Source: Podarcis melisellensis
Lineage: Eukaryota
Length of the DNA stretch: 64,000 bases
Assembly: GCA_964234715.1 (NCBI GenBank)
Contig: OZ174281.1
Reading direction: 5' to 3' (one strand)
Shown here piece after piece: positions 1-13,924 of the stretch. Below the pieces are notes generated by a model. It was given only the letters and a program-made list of their open reading frames with translations. It did not search any database and was not told the DNA's origin. Within the stretch, counting starts at the first letter, position 1. Each line of letters begins with the position of its first letter. A program made the translations under genes and the position numbers.

Positions 1-1646
1 GAAAATCATTGTAACACTAAAATAGTTAAGCTTAGCATTCCCTTTGCATTAGCAAACTATAAATCAACTGCATTTTTTTTTTGCCTTGCTCATTAGGCAG
101 AATTACACCCCATATGTATGTGAGTGAGTGAGAAAGAGAGAGAGAGAGAGTATTTTGAACAGAAGCTGTGAGGTCTATTGAAATAAAATGTTTGGGCATC
201 AAACATGCACTTATAAATTTATGCCAGACTGCATACAATATATATGTGAAATACTTACTGATTGATGGACATCTCAAGCTGTGGAAGTTTACAGTGCTTA
301 CTCATAAGTAGAGCAGACTGTATCAGCATGAATAAAAGGCATAGTTTATTTTTCTCTCTCAACAGTTTTTCCAGTTGAATGGGTCAGAGATGTGGTGGCC
401 ATAGCTTTGCCTACATTTCTTATCGAAACCTACTCACTCCCATGTTGAAGCATCATTGTATAGTTTAGGCAGAATTAACAATTTTTGCTTTACATTCACA
501 TGTTGGTAGCAAGCCACTTCGTTATGTTGTGCAACGTGATCGTATCACAGCATAGGATGCATTTAGCTTTATCTCTCTAGAAAAATAGCAGGAAGTTGCT
601 GGGCAGTTTATGTGCACAAGCAAGAACATGCCTTCTAGAGTTTCATCATGGATTTTGTTTTCTAAATACCTGTTAAGACTCTGTGGGGGAGAATAGTTAT
701 AGTTTTACATTCAAGTGATTTAATTCCAGAAAATTCAGTTGCATCTATTTTCTGTTAAATATTTTTATATGATAGCTCTCGTTTCCCCCCCCTCTCAGCT
801 TCCTTTCAATATTCTCAGCTGAGACATGAATATTAAGGATGAAAGGCACTGAACTCAGATTTTCTTATGTGATGATTTTGGAGGATGTGGACACCTTAGA
901 ACTCAATCTTGTTTCACTGCTTGAAAACTCTGTCTTCCTGTCAGGCTATCTAGTCAACTGGGATAATATGACATTTAAAATTGCATCACAACAGTTGTTT
1001 AAAACCTGGACATTTTAAGTGGTGGCCCACTGAGATCATCTTTCTAGGAATGAAAATCCCCAAAGCTGGTTAAAGTGAATTTAGCTTTCATACTTGATCA
1101 AATAAAAGCCGATTTAGACTGCTGGGAGACATTAGTGGTCAATCTTTGTAGGAAGTTCCGTATCATTAGCATGAAAATTCTTCCTCATCTCATTTATATT
1201 TTAAGGGGCCTTCCTGTCTCAATTTCACAGCATTATTTTACAGAAACCTGTTGACCTTAAAGAAATCCCTTTGTGGAACTGCCTCTCCCATTTCACTCTC
1301 CAGTAGCTCTGACTCCTTGCTTGATTGGGAGTTTAACAATCTCAGTCCCCACATCGTATCATAGAACCTTTTCTTCTAGCATTTCTTTGACAATGAGTTC
1401 CTCAAACTGCAATGGTTCATACATACAGTTCTGACCCATTATAAAGGTCAATGCCCTTGTATAGTTGGCTCTAGGGCAGGGATGAAGAACATGTGGTCCC
1501 CTGCCCCAAAATTGTCCTATGACTTTGTTTTTGTTCTCTGAATCTAATGTCAACCATGCCGGCACGGCATACTCAGAAATGTTGTTATACATGGTACGTT
1601 ACCTGATTCCCATTTTCCAGCAGAGAGAATTCTCGTTGCAGGTGGT

Positions 1647-1732
1647 AAGTCAGAAGCCATTCCACATGGTCATGTCTAGTAGAACCTTTGTTTAGAAGGT
1701 TAGACGTGACCATGTGGAATGGCTTCTGACTT
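1647..1732. repeat. 86-nt near-perfect inverted repeat (32-bp stem)
   Basis: Arms 1647-1678 and 1701-1732, 31/32 complementary. Confidence 0.9.
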
Positions 1733-3313
1733 CTGATTTAGCAAAAAGACCATTGGGTGCAATGGAACTCCATGTCCCAAAATTTTGTTGACTCCTGTGG
1801 GAAAGGTGAGCACAAGAGCAGTTTCCTCTCCTGTAGTTTCCAGCAGCTCATATTCAGTAGCATACTGCCCTCAACCTTGGTGGCAGAGCATAGCTATCAT
1901 GGTAAGTACCCACTAATAGCCTTTATCTCCATGAATTAATCTCTTTTTACCCCTTATTCTTTTTCTGCACTTCTGAACATACAGTATATCTGCAAGTTCT
2001 TCAATATTTTGATTGCCAAACATCTTTATCCAGCTTGTTGGTTTTTTGGGGGTTTTTTTTTTGCATGTATTGAGTTTATCCTGAAGGCCCATAAAATGCT
2101 GGTTTCATAATCTTCATCTAGTTTTAAGAAATCTTTGATACTAGGGACACTAATCACTTGTTTTATAACTGTCTCGTACCTGTCATTGCCTGCTCAAGAA
2201 GTAATTTATTTTATTTCTAATTAAGAAGAAATATGACTAGCATCTTCCTTTGTTATTAATGCTAAAAATTGCATCTCTGCAGAAATGTAAAAGACATCTG
2301 CTGGGAATTAAAAATAACTTTTTAAGTTCTATACATTAATACACATCCAGAGATTAAGAAGCTACTCTGATATTCCAATATGGTGAGAGATCTTTGTATA
2401 AAGAGGATCAATAGTTTTTCATTTTAGCCAAGGGTTGACACCTTATTAAGTATTTAACAGTTACGTCACAAACAACAAAGACTACAGATCGTTGTATGGA
2501 AGACAAAAGTTTACAAAATTATTGTTTGCTATTAGAAGTTATGAAGTTCCAGTTTACATTTTGAGTCATTGCAACATTAGGTGTTTTCTTACTTATTTTC
2601 ATTTCCAGATTTAGGGCACTGGTTTGTTTTGTATTTGCATGAATTAGCATTTCTGGTTTTCAGTGACCTTTGAGAGGAATAAGTTCTAAATATACTAAGG
2701 TACTTCACTGAGAAAGATGTTGTCCTGCTTTTGTAAAGAAAAATTACAGCTGCATCTCCTTCAGCTTGCTTCTGGAGAATAATATATAGTGAAAGCTCCT
2801 ACTAGCTTCCAGGAGGGACTTGCTTCTGTTCTTTATTGTCACTCTTTAAAAAGTAATTGATTGAAAATGCATGTTAGGGTGTGAGGCTATCAAGTGAACA
2901 GAATGGGCTTACTGGTACAGGCACAAAATATTGGAGTAGAAGAGATTCGAAAGGCTGATTGCTATGGCTGTTCTTCTTTTAGGATTTATTGCGGCCGCAG
3001 CCAGATTTAGCAAAATACGTTTACCCATCTGGCAGCCTAGAATTGTCTCGTCAGCTGAAGCTAATGGACTTAGTGATGGATGCCTTTTGTTTGCGCTGCC
3101 TGACTTTTGAGTGAAAGGAGACAAAAGAAGCTCCACTGGCTTCACTGTACTGTGTGATAAGCTCGTGACCAAAGGCTGCTGCACTATGTTCTCTGTGAAA
3201 CGGGATGGGGGGAGAGCAAATATTAATTGACAACTTAAGTGTTTTGGATCTAAGAATGCTGAAGCTGTACTGAATATACCGAATTCTAGCAGGCTTTGTA
3301 AGCAAGAACCTAC

Positions 3314-3332
3314 ATGGAAAGACTGTACTGTG
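3314..3332 (+). other. Candidate PTK2 alternative exon 3' end (MERLYC plus phase-1 donor)
   Basis: ATG GAA AGA CTG TAC TGT G|GTAAGT: consensus donor, with phase compatible with exon 55248; lies in a locally CpG-richer block without recognisable repeats (about 2900-3340). Confidence 0.35.
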
Positions 3333-6300
3333 GTAAGTATTATGTAAGACGATTCTGTTTCGCCAGTTTAATGTGTGCATTGGATGCAGTTGCTGCTATG
3401 CCCTGATTCTTAATATTTTTAGTCTTTTGTTGTATGTTACCTGAAAACCCATTTGTATCAATTAGGTTAATAGCTAGGACCTTTGTGATTATTCTGTATT
3501 TTGTCTCCCAAGATGGGTGTTCATGTAGCTAAATTACATGCACTGAAAATCCATCTAGTCCATTTTCAATGAGCAAACATGTCCCCTCCCCCATTTTTCA
3601 TTACAGAATAAAAATATATCTGGAACAAAATTAAACTTTGTTAGTTTGATTGGGATGCTGCAAGATCCTTTCTTGGTATGCGGGATGGTTAAACATGGGT
3701 GTGTTGACATGGTAACTGACAGCTCTGTGTATGTATCTGTGCATTATAGTATACCTGATCAAGAGCACGTTGACAAAGTATGATCATAAGAAATAACAAG
3801 TAGCCGATTGATTTTCCTAATACATAAAGCTGTGTGGTACTGAAACATTTTGTTTCCTCAGTCAGCTCAGTTTTATCAAAGAATGTCAAAAGAGCTAGTT
3901 TAAATTTGTTCACATTCTTATTTTGTATTGTAAACCAATTATCTTCACTGATTTAAAGATATTGAGCATATAGCAATTTCTAAGTGGCATTGAGTTTTCG
4001 TAAAAGTAGTGAGACAATTGTGACTATAAATCAATTGTGGAGCAGCTTTTTTTCCCATTACTCAAAACATTTGGTTGTCACACTAAAACAGGAGTAGCTA
4101 ACTTGTGGCCCTCTCATATGTTTGGCTGCCATCTTCTCTCACCAGCCCCAGCAGGAATAGCTAATGGTTAGGGATTGTGGAATTTGTAGTCTGGAAAAAG
4201 GTGGCTAGGCTAGGACTTAATCCTTGAGTTTAAAGTCCCACTTCCCTGGTAACTGGAAGAACATGCTCTACGTTGCTTAGATATAGATGTGTCTTTGTAT
4301 TAAAAGTTTAAGTGTTCATAATTTCCCATCTACCAGCATTTGCTGCATTAATCAAATGTGTTTATTGCCTTTGGATTAAAAATGCCCCAGAGGTGTATTT
4401 GATGAAGGCCTGCATAATTGGTGGCTCACCAGTCAGAATACAACACACCAGCCGTGTCTGGTGGTTGCTGTGTGCTTGAGAAGCCCTCAGCTCTTGCTGA
4501 CCTAGGCAAGGGGTGGTGTGTGTGTGGCCACGTGTTTTAGGTAAGGAAAATGTCATTGGTTCCTCCATTTCCCACAACATATATTTATTAGCTACCTTTC
4601 TTTGACCTCCAAGATATATTTGTACCAAATAATTGTACCAATATTTGATTGGTGATTAAAACTTGCCTCTTGCTGTTGGGAGAAAGTCGGTGTCATTATG
4701 CTGTTAATACGCATAAATTGATTGGTCTGCACAGTGCATTACGGGAAAGATACGCTTCAGCCATCATTTTAAATGTTGATTATGCTTTAATGGTTCTACG
4801 CTAAATATATTCATTTGACTCTTAATGGACACCCAAAACCATTCATGCTGAATGTGTTATTCTTATCAGTGCTCTGACAAAAAAAGCACACACTTAACAT
4901 TTCTAGATGTTTCACTGTAACTTCAGGAATCCCTGTAAGCAGATGGCTTATACAAACAGTGCACACTTCATTCATGCTACCTGGAATTCCTTTGTTAGAT
5001 TATAGTCTTTGTAGGCTGTAGACTTTGGAGTCCTTCTATGGAGTGGATTCTCCACCTTTCATGTGAAAAGTGGAACAGCTGATGTCTCTTGAAAAGCATC
5101 AGCAACCATTAGCCAGACTGTGAGGAGGACAAAGTATTTACCATATTAGTTCTTCAGATTGACATCTTTCATCATCCCTTGTCCTTATCTTCCTCTTTGG
5201 TCATTTTAAATGGCATGTTTTTTCTCTTCCAGTCTTATGAAGCCCCATACAGTAATTCTTTACCAGTAACTGGAGCAATAAAGAAATAAGTGGTCTTGGG
5301 AATATTTAGCTAGAGGTGGGTAAATCAGTGGACTAACATAGAAGAAGGATTTGCAGTTTCTCTCCTGAATGAATCCATTTTTTTTACAAGTTTATATTTT
5401 AACCTACAGAAGAAAACAATAGGATTATTGTATGATGTTTGGATACATGATGCTGATGAGTGCATCTATTAAATACACAGTTTATTACTTATTTCATTTG
5501 TACCCAGGCCTGTTGAACAAATCAGTCTTTGCCTGTCAGTAAAAGGAAAGCAAAAAGCAGGGCAGCATAACATCGAGTGGATGGGAGTTCCACAATCTGG
5601 GAGCAAGCTACTAAGAAGGTGCTCTCTTGTGTTCTCACTAAACATGCCTGTGAATGTGACAGGGCTGAGAGAAAGACTTCCCCAGAAGATCTTAAAGCCC
5701 GGGCTCCCATAGGAAGATACACATCCTGAGTTGCTTTGGGTTCATTAATGGAGGGGGTGAATTGCGACGAAAATGTGAATAGGAGGTGGGGGCAGTCCTA
5801 CTTGATATACCACTTGGTATTTGCTACAGTGGCTTGGAGGGTGTGGTTCTTGTTTTTGTTGTTGTTTTGAGCAAGTAGTATGTAAATTTTGTAAAATAAT
5901 AAAAAGAGAAACCAAAATAAAACCATCCATATTTGAATTGGCTTTGAAGCCGGAGGAGTTTTGTGTATGTGCTGTTAGTCGAACTGTCAGATTGAAAAAT
6001 GTTACAGGATCATTAAGACTCAGAATTGCGAGGGTTGACTAATAAGTGGAAGAATAAAGTATTTAAGAGACTGTACCAAATGCTGGCCTGGACTGAGAGA
6101 TGGCTTTTATCTGGTGGGCAGAATATTTAGAAAGTGTTCTTTTGAAGCAGATTACCCACCTGACTCGGTGTACTCTTACGATTAATTTAGTGCTGGTGAA
6201 TGAAGCTAGAGAGGCTACTTGGGAGTCAGTTCTTCTATGGTCCATTGAGTGTGAAGGAATGACCGCTGGGTGTGGAGCACACTTCTGCTCACAGACAGCC

Positions 6301-8074
6301 TTAGCTGTCTGACCGCGTGACCTTCGGGTGTGGAACATACTTCCACCCGCAGACAAACCACAGCTGTCTGAACATCATGCCCTCTCTAACCTTTGGCTTT
6401 CTCAGTGGTCTGCCATGCCCTGTCTGTGACCTTTGTCTCCTTCGTCATACATTGTGCAAGGGGAAAGTGACGCAGTGGAAACAGATGCCAAAATAACTTT
6501 GTACCACCCCTCGATCTCGGGATTGGAAGATGTGTAAAGGTCACAGTCCAAAATGTACCTGACTGGTTTTGCATATTGTGCTAATAAAAAGAGCCTCAGC
6601 AGAGCTGGCTGGCAGCTTGCTTGTGCACAGTTCACCTGCATTACCAACTCCTGCCTCATGCCTTCACTTCAGAGTGGGCCTGTCTGCTTCAGTTTTTGTC
6701 ATTAGCTTATAACATCCTGCTAAGAAGTGAAAACAGAGCTGACTTTTCTATCCAAGAGTTTGCCAAGAGTGTTTCCAATTGTCAAATCACTGTAGCCACT
6801 TCATGTCTTAGGTTTTTCCACTCAGACCTAGGTACTTCTATAAGAGGGATGTGATGGTAGGACTGCCCAGGAGCAAATAACATGCAATGTACCTCTCAGT
6901 CTGTTCTTTCTCAAAGAAAGGTAGGGATGTATTCTAGTTTGTTACAAGAGTGTAATTTCCCAGCACCACTCCACAACTGGAAGCCTGAGCAAAGGGTTAG
7001 GCACAGCTGATGGCTCGTCCAAAACATAATAAACTCTAATTATAAATATTAATTTAATTTCCATAAAGAATGAAAGAAATCTAAAGTTATACTGGGGGGA
7101 GGGGACAGATTCTCTAAGTAGTTCATAACACTTGTTATATCCTGACAATATTTTCAGTAACTTGCAGGTTAAAGAGAAGCATCTTTCTTCAGTTGGCATA
7201 CAGAGAACATGTGCTGTCCTAGCAACACATAAAACACATTAAGGAGAGTGGCAAAACTATTGGGAAAACCTACTCTTTGTCTCTGGAGATTCAGGAGAGG
7301 GATTGGGTGACAACAATAATGCCATCAGATAGGATTTTGACTGGGCCAGGTTTTGCATGGGTCACAGTGGCAAACACAATTTTACCTCCTGTAAATGTGA
7401 GTGTAAGTGAGTGTAATGTAAATGTAAATGTGAGAAGTGAGTGTACAATTGAGATCTTCTGTTCCCACTTGTCAGATTTCCCACATGGATTTGGTAAAGT
7501 GCAGCTCACATGCTTCCTGGCTTTTCAGATTATGTAGACAGGAATCTGGGCAGAAAGAGGGCATTATGAAGAGAACCAGTGTTGGATTACTGTTACAGCT
7601 GAGACCATACATGATTCAGTATTGAACATGATAGAAACAGCTAGAAACAATTGTAGTTCATTGAGGCCACCACTTGTTTTCTGTCAGCACATTGTGAATC
7701 TTAGCAGGTCTTGAAAAGAAAATAGTATGAGTCCTTTTCTGATTGGATGGTATAAACCTTAAATAAACTTAAACTGACGTATTCCACTGTTTTATTTGGC
7801 CGATTAAAGGGACCTCCCAATACTGTTTTGTAGCTTGTCAACCACAGTTGGTGTTTCTCATATGCAAGACAGAGCTGAGGTCTATCTGTTAGGCAAATCA
7901 TTGCTAGTTTAAGGAGTTGTGCAATGCAGAATTGACATAGAAATGTATGTTCTTTTTAAAAAGCCTTGCTCCATTAGTCAAAAGACATTCAGAGCCACTT
8001 AGTCTTAAAAAGTATTCTAAAAATACAAAACACAGTAATTTCGTCTAGATATAAGGCTGAACCATGGTTTAGAG

Positions 8075-8337
8075 CAGGGGTCGGCAAGGTTTACCTTGCC
8101 TGGGTCAGTTCACTCCAGTGGAGATCCCTCCGTGGGCCAGATTGCATGATTTCCAGTGTCTCTGCAGACGTGATTTTTGGCGCTGCAGAAACCAGTCCCT
8201 GTGTCACACTGTGGCGGTTTAGTGCAGCGCACGGGGACTCACCGAGCAGGTGGCTCGGTTCAGGTGCGGCTTGTGGGCTGGTTAAATGACCCCTGTGGGC
8301 TGCTTATGGTCCATGGGCCTTAGGTTGCTTACCCCTG
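8075..8337. mobile_element. hAT MITE
   Basis: TIRs CAGGGGTCGGCAA / TTGCTTACCCCTG; TSD GTTTAGAG / ATTTAGAG. Confidence 0.8.
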
Positions 8338-11313
8338 ATTTAGAGTGACATGCCTGAGCAGCAGTAAACCTTGAGTTTATACACTATCCCTCTCCTTTTC
8401 TTCTCTAGTACATCCACAAAGTTTGGAAACATTTCCTGGTTTGAATGAACTAGAGTTAAGCATTCCACTCAAACAGGGAACTCTGGTCAGTTAAACCACA
8501 GTTTGATCTGGGCTTGTTTCAATGAAGTATTGTTTTACTAACTACAGGGTAAATTCTGTTAAGAACAGAAATCTGCAGCTGCACTGGAAGAGGAGAGAGC
8601 AGAGGGAAATGCACAAGCAGAAGGCTAGCTAACTTAATACTAAACTATGGTTTTAGCATTGTGTCTGAACTTGGGACAATAAGCACCTTTATTTTTTAAA
8701 AAAATCTTCTATCAGTCCAATCAAGTTATATATCAATAGCAGCTCCAGAATTCAGACCTGATTAAGTACAGCTTGGGTACCACCACAAAACTCCTTTTCA
8801 CAAGTTAATACCCTCTTTTTATTGGACTTGCTTTGTTTTGATGCAGGAGTGTGCACATTTTAGCACTGTACATATTTTCCCTTTAAATATTTTTATGCTG
8901 ACCCCAGAGCACAGCACATCTAACATATGGTTATCCATTGCTGTTTGGGAGACTGTTTCTATTTTATTTTTGTTACATAAATAGAAAATAGTTTTAAATG
9001 TCAAAAAGAGGACAACTAGCACAAGAAAAAATGATAAAAAATACAATACAAGGGGAAAGTATACAATACAGTGGAACTACAAATACTTTGCATCACATAC
9101 CTTATGGGAGAAAGCACCTCAAAGCTAAAATTGTAAAATGTCATGCAAATATGAGATATACCAAGAATCATGGGTGATTTCTGTCCTGAACTGTTTCCAA
9201 AAATTGAGCTGTGAGAGTGGAGGGTAAAAATTGGAAGACTTCTTGAATGAATGAAATTGTGTACAAATCCTTTAAAATGACCAATCTGCCCTATTAAATG
9301 AGTGCAGGAGTGGTTATTGGGTATGGCTGTTACACAGGAACATAAGAAGCTGCCTTATCAAACTGGTCAGTCCAATGGTAGGATTTCAGGCTGGAGGTCT
9401 CTCTGAAGCCTAGAGATACCAGGAACTAAATCTGGGACATCCTGCATGCAAAGCAGATGCTCTAGAACAGAGCTATGACCCTTCCCCTTGTTGTGTAAGA
9501 ACACAAGAGCATGATTGCTTGGTCATCCCAATTTAGTCCAATCTGCTTCAGGCAGCCAGGCAGCCAGGCAGCCAGATGTTTCCGAAAGCTGTCAAGCACA
9601 GCATGAAGATAGCAGTGAAGACTAACATGTTTATTATGGGATGACCTTTTGTGGACTAGAATCAAATGCATGATGGGTTATCACATGTGTGGTTACATGT
9701 ACATATGTGTGTTGAGAGGAAAATGCTGTAGGGTCAAAGGAGTGTAGAAAATGCAGTCTGAGACTATTCACGCAGTGACCATATATAGCAGCAGTCCCTT
9801 GATTTGATCTCCTATTTGTAGTGAGATCAAAGCACATTGTATTTATTCAAATTAGGAATGCTGCAATTGAATTTATTGAAAAGTGATGGTAGTCAAATCT
9901 CATTGAGTAATCTACATTGCTATAGAGAATTTGTGATCTAATTAATGCAAGTTGTGAAGAAGTAACTGTGCAACATTGGTTTTGGTGGTGCCTACTTTTC
10001 CCTTTGTTCTTTGTTACAGTTCGTGGTTAGTGTGGATAGAACTTAACCATGAGCAGGACTTTGGAAAGCACCCTGTGCTATAGCAAAAGAAAAACGAAAA
10101 ACAAAATATGGAGAGGAGCATAGCAGCTGTGATGTATTCTCCGGGAGACCATGTATTCATGTAAGCCATAGTTTGGCTCAGTGTGACATGCAAACCAGGG
10201 CAGCATAGAATTGTTCATTTTGTAATGTCTGTGGCAAAATTTACTGTGAAACTGTGCATATCTTTAAAAAATAATGTCAGTATGCATTAGCTTTGGATAC
10301 ATTAGCTTCCTGCTTTGCCTATATCCATTGTGTGTATCTTGGGTGAGGAGGTATGATGTTCACATAGAAAGATTCCACCCCTTCCCATATTCTGAAGTAA
10401 ATCCTTTCCACTTGTGGGTGTTGTTGCTTACCAGTTATAGATAATTCTCTTACCCCCGCCCCCAAGTTCCTATAGGACTTTTTTCACAGAAGCATGTCAG
10501 GACATGAGCTGCCTTTCCTTTCTAATGTCTGTTCTGAAGATTGTCCAGGCTTACATGCTTTTTTCATAAGGGAATTTTCAAATAATGAAACAGAATTTTT
10601 GTAACACCCTTTACCTTTTTTTAAAAGAGAACTGGGTTAAAATTTTAGTGCTACAAATATCCCCAGATTATAATTCATTGATGTGACAGATCCAAGATAG
10701 CGCTCTGCTTAGCAAAAATAAATCCATGGGTGCATCCACCTATACTAGAATACTGTAAGGCTTCTGCTGTCTTAAGGAGGCTGTATATACCAATAACTGT
10801 TGTTTATGGAATCTATTGCCGGAGGCAATGTAAGGCTTTCCATTCCTGAAGTTTGTGTTGCTCTTTCCTGTCTGCTTTTTGTTTTCTCATATTCAAGGGC
10901 TTCTCTCATTACATCTGCCTGACTTGCTAGTGAGCAGATGGTTTAGTGAGCATTTTTCTTGGTGGAATTGTTACCCTTGAGCTTTTCTGTGTTCCCCCCT
11001 GAGTGTTGCCTAGTTTTGTAAGACAAAATCCTGTGGCACCCTTAAAGACAAACCAGTCTCTCCTAAATTCGTAATGAACTAGCTTAGCCCCAAACACTTG
11101 AAGTGGTGGTGTGGAAGTCAGAAAGGTGGAGTTTAATAATTTATCTTGTTATCTTTCTCTCTAGGCCTGTGTTTATGGTAGGTTTTTCCTTGGTACTAGT
11201 TTGACTGTATCTCCTCAATAAGTGGGAATATTGCATATATAGCTATAGCACCCTTCATTTGAGGATTACGGGCTGGTTTACAATATAAGGACACGATAAT
11301 ACATAACATAATA

Positions 11314-11562
11314 CAGTGGTACCTCTGGATGCGAACGGGATCCGTTCCGGAGCCCCGTTCGCATCCTGAAGCAAACGCAACCCGCATCTGTGCGTGTGGT
11401 CACGATTCGCCGCTTCCGCGCATGCGTGTGGCGTCATTTTGACCGTCTGCACATGTGCGAGCGGTGAAACCCGGAAGTAATGCACTCCATTACTTCTGGG
11501 TTGCCGCGGAGTGCAACTCGAAAATACTCATCCCGAAGCTACTTCAATCTGAGGTATGACTG
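11314..11562. mobile_element. Tc1/mariner (Tigger-like) MITE, family A
   Basis: TA|CAGTGGTACCTC ... GAGGTATGACTG|TA; homologous to 41557-41816 in the opposite orientation. Confidence 0.85.
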
Positions 11563-12089
11563 TAACAAAACAATACTGCCCCCCCCCGATAAATTTAATC
11601 ATTCATTTAGCCAAGTTTAATGATGATCAACCATGTGTGGCTTTCAGATTGTTGTAATACTGTTAGTATTTTAAACAGATGTCTTCATTTATTTTATTGT
11701 ACCTTATTTGTTAGAATATATAATTTTACTGTTTTAATGATTTAAATAAAATAAAAGACTTTTTAAAAATGAACCACATCTCTTGTCCCACCTACTTTTG
11801 GCATCCAGCCCCACCCATAAGAGACAACCCCGATTTTTCTGGCATCTATCTCCCCCCAAAATAAATGCACATATTTTGTCCTCTTTTTTTGCCTTGAGGA
11901 ATTTTTGGGGGAAGTCTATTAGAATTATGTCTACTTCTATAAATGTGCTGTAATATGCACTAAATTCTTTTTCATCCTATCTCCCAGAACTAGAGTCTAG
12001 CTAAAGTCCAAGGCTCTACAGGGAGGGTTGGGAAACAGATGGCCCTCCAGATGCCATAAATGATGATGATGAAGATGGTGGTGGTGGTG

Positions 12090-12400
12090 GTAGTTTATTA
12101 TTTGTACCCCACCCATCTGACTGGGTTGCTCCAGCCACTCTGGGCAGCTTCCAGCATATATGCAGTAAAAACATAATAAAACATTAAACCTTAAAAAACT
12201 TCTCTTTACAGGGTGGCATTCAGATGTCTTCTAAAGGTTATATAGTTACTCATCTTCTTGGCATCTGATGGGAGTGCTTTCCACAGGGTGGGCGCCATTA
12301 CCAAAAAGGCCTTTGGCCTGGTTCCCTATAGCTTCAATTCTCACCAGGAGGCCCTTGGTGCTGGATCTCAGTGTCCAGGCTGAACGATGGGGGTGGAGAC
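12090..12400 (-). mobile_element. L2-like LINE 3' fragment
   Basis: TTTATTATTTGTACCCCACCC...CCACTCTGGGCAGCT tail and AAAAAGGCC body similar to the 53990 element. Confidence 0.6.
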
Positions 12401-13304
12401 CCCATTTGAGTTTGGTGTCAAACTCAGCCAGCATGGCCAATGGTCAGGGATGATGGGAGTTACAGTTTGAAAGAACCTCCCTTCCCATGCTGTAAGGAGA
12501 ACTGCTTTTGAAACTGACAAATGGGTCAATTGTTCAAAGAAGCAAATGCATTCAAAAATGTTTTGGAGCCTTTTTGGCTCCTGGCTGCTTTTCTATTCAC
12601 TATAACTTAACTAACATGTTATATTGGTAAATATTGTGTAACGGCATTTTGAGAGTTGTTTTTATTTCTGGCTGCTATGTGGTTTTCAGCAATAACTGTA
12701 TATTCTTAGAGGCAGATCTCAGATTGTGTTTGAAATATGCTGTAGACTGAGCTGGGAAGCTTTCAGTTTTTGGTGTAATTATTTTACTTAATTGTTTTTC
12801 ATTAAAGTTTTATTAGTTTTTACAACATGAAACATTGATTATAAGCCTAACTAAATATATAACATTAGCATTTTCTTCTTGATATGTATTTCTCCATGCT
12901 TTCTAACCTTTGATAAATCCATGCCAGCTTTTAATGATGATCAAGCTCTTCTCTTATTGTGAATTGGAGAGAGGTTGGGGATTAGCAGCTGGAATTCCTG
13001 CTGCTAATGTACTTCAAAATTGGCCTTAAAAGTTGCAGAAAAGCTGGCTCAGGTTAGATAATCCACCAAACCATAGGTAGCAACTATATTTCCAATCACA
13101 ATTGCCGATTATGGCTCCCTAGCTAGTTGCATGCATGGTTTGTCAGTTCAGACATCATAGGGTAGACTAGTGATGGGAATAGACTTTTGAAATTGAAATA
13201 TGACCATTTCCAACTTATGTAGCTCAAGAGAATGGCATTGTAAATTAGAAACATTGCACCAAATGTTATTTACACTAATATATATATATTTTTAATTATT
13301 GCAG

Positions 13305-13331
13305 ATATTTCCAGACTTTCTTTTTCAGCAG
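13305..13331 (+). other. Candidate 27-nt microexon or recursive splice site
   Basis: tttttaattattgcag|ATATTTCCAGACTTTCTTTTTCAGCAG|gtaagg; strong donor; open in phase 1 (DISRLSFSA). Confidence 0.35.
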
Positions 13332-13550
13332 GTAAGGTATTGTTTTAATAATAAATGTTGCCTTTTATAATGATATAATTCTAAAATATGGCCAAGTAAG
13401 ATGCCTGTAATTTTTTGTATTGCTTGGTGATCATTAATGTATTTTGTAAGCTATATAGTTATGGGCTCAAGAAGTCAGAATTGTTGTATACAGAGGTGTG
13501 TAAAAGTCCATAGGGATTTGCTGCTCTGTTTTCAATACAGTTGTGAAAAT

Positions 13551-13924
13551 AAGGTAAAAGACCCCTGGACGGTTAAGTCCAATCAAATGCAACTATGGGG
13601 TGCAGCGCTCATCTTGCTTCAGGCTGAGGGAGCCAGTGTTTGCCCATAGACAGCTTTCCAGGTCATGTGGCCAGCATGACTACACCACTGCTGGCACAAC
13701 GGAACACATGACAGAAGCCAGAGCGCATGGAAATGCTGTTTACTTTCCCACCATAGCAGTACCTATTTATCTACTTGCGCTGGTGTGCTTTACAACTGCT
13801 AGGTTGGCAGAATCTGCGACAGAGCAACAGGAGCTCACCCTGTTGCGCAGATTCGAACCGCCAACCTTCCGATCAGAAAGCCCAAGAGGCTCAGTGGTTT
13901 AGGCCACAGCGCCACCCGCATCCC
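13551..13924 (-). mobile_element. Sauria SINE (full length)
   Basis: tRNA-like head with B box (reverse complement of TTCGAACC), ACCTT tail, TSD GTGAAAATAAG. Confidence 0.88.

Noticed and set aside
1647-1732. miR-151 (the PTK2-hosted miRNA)
   Set aside because: miR-151 is eutherian, L2-derived and lies in a far downstream intron; the sequence does not resemble it.
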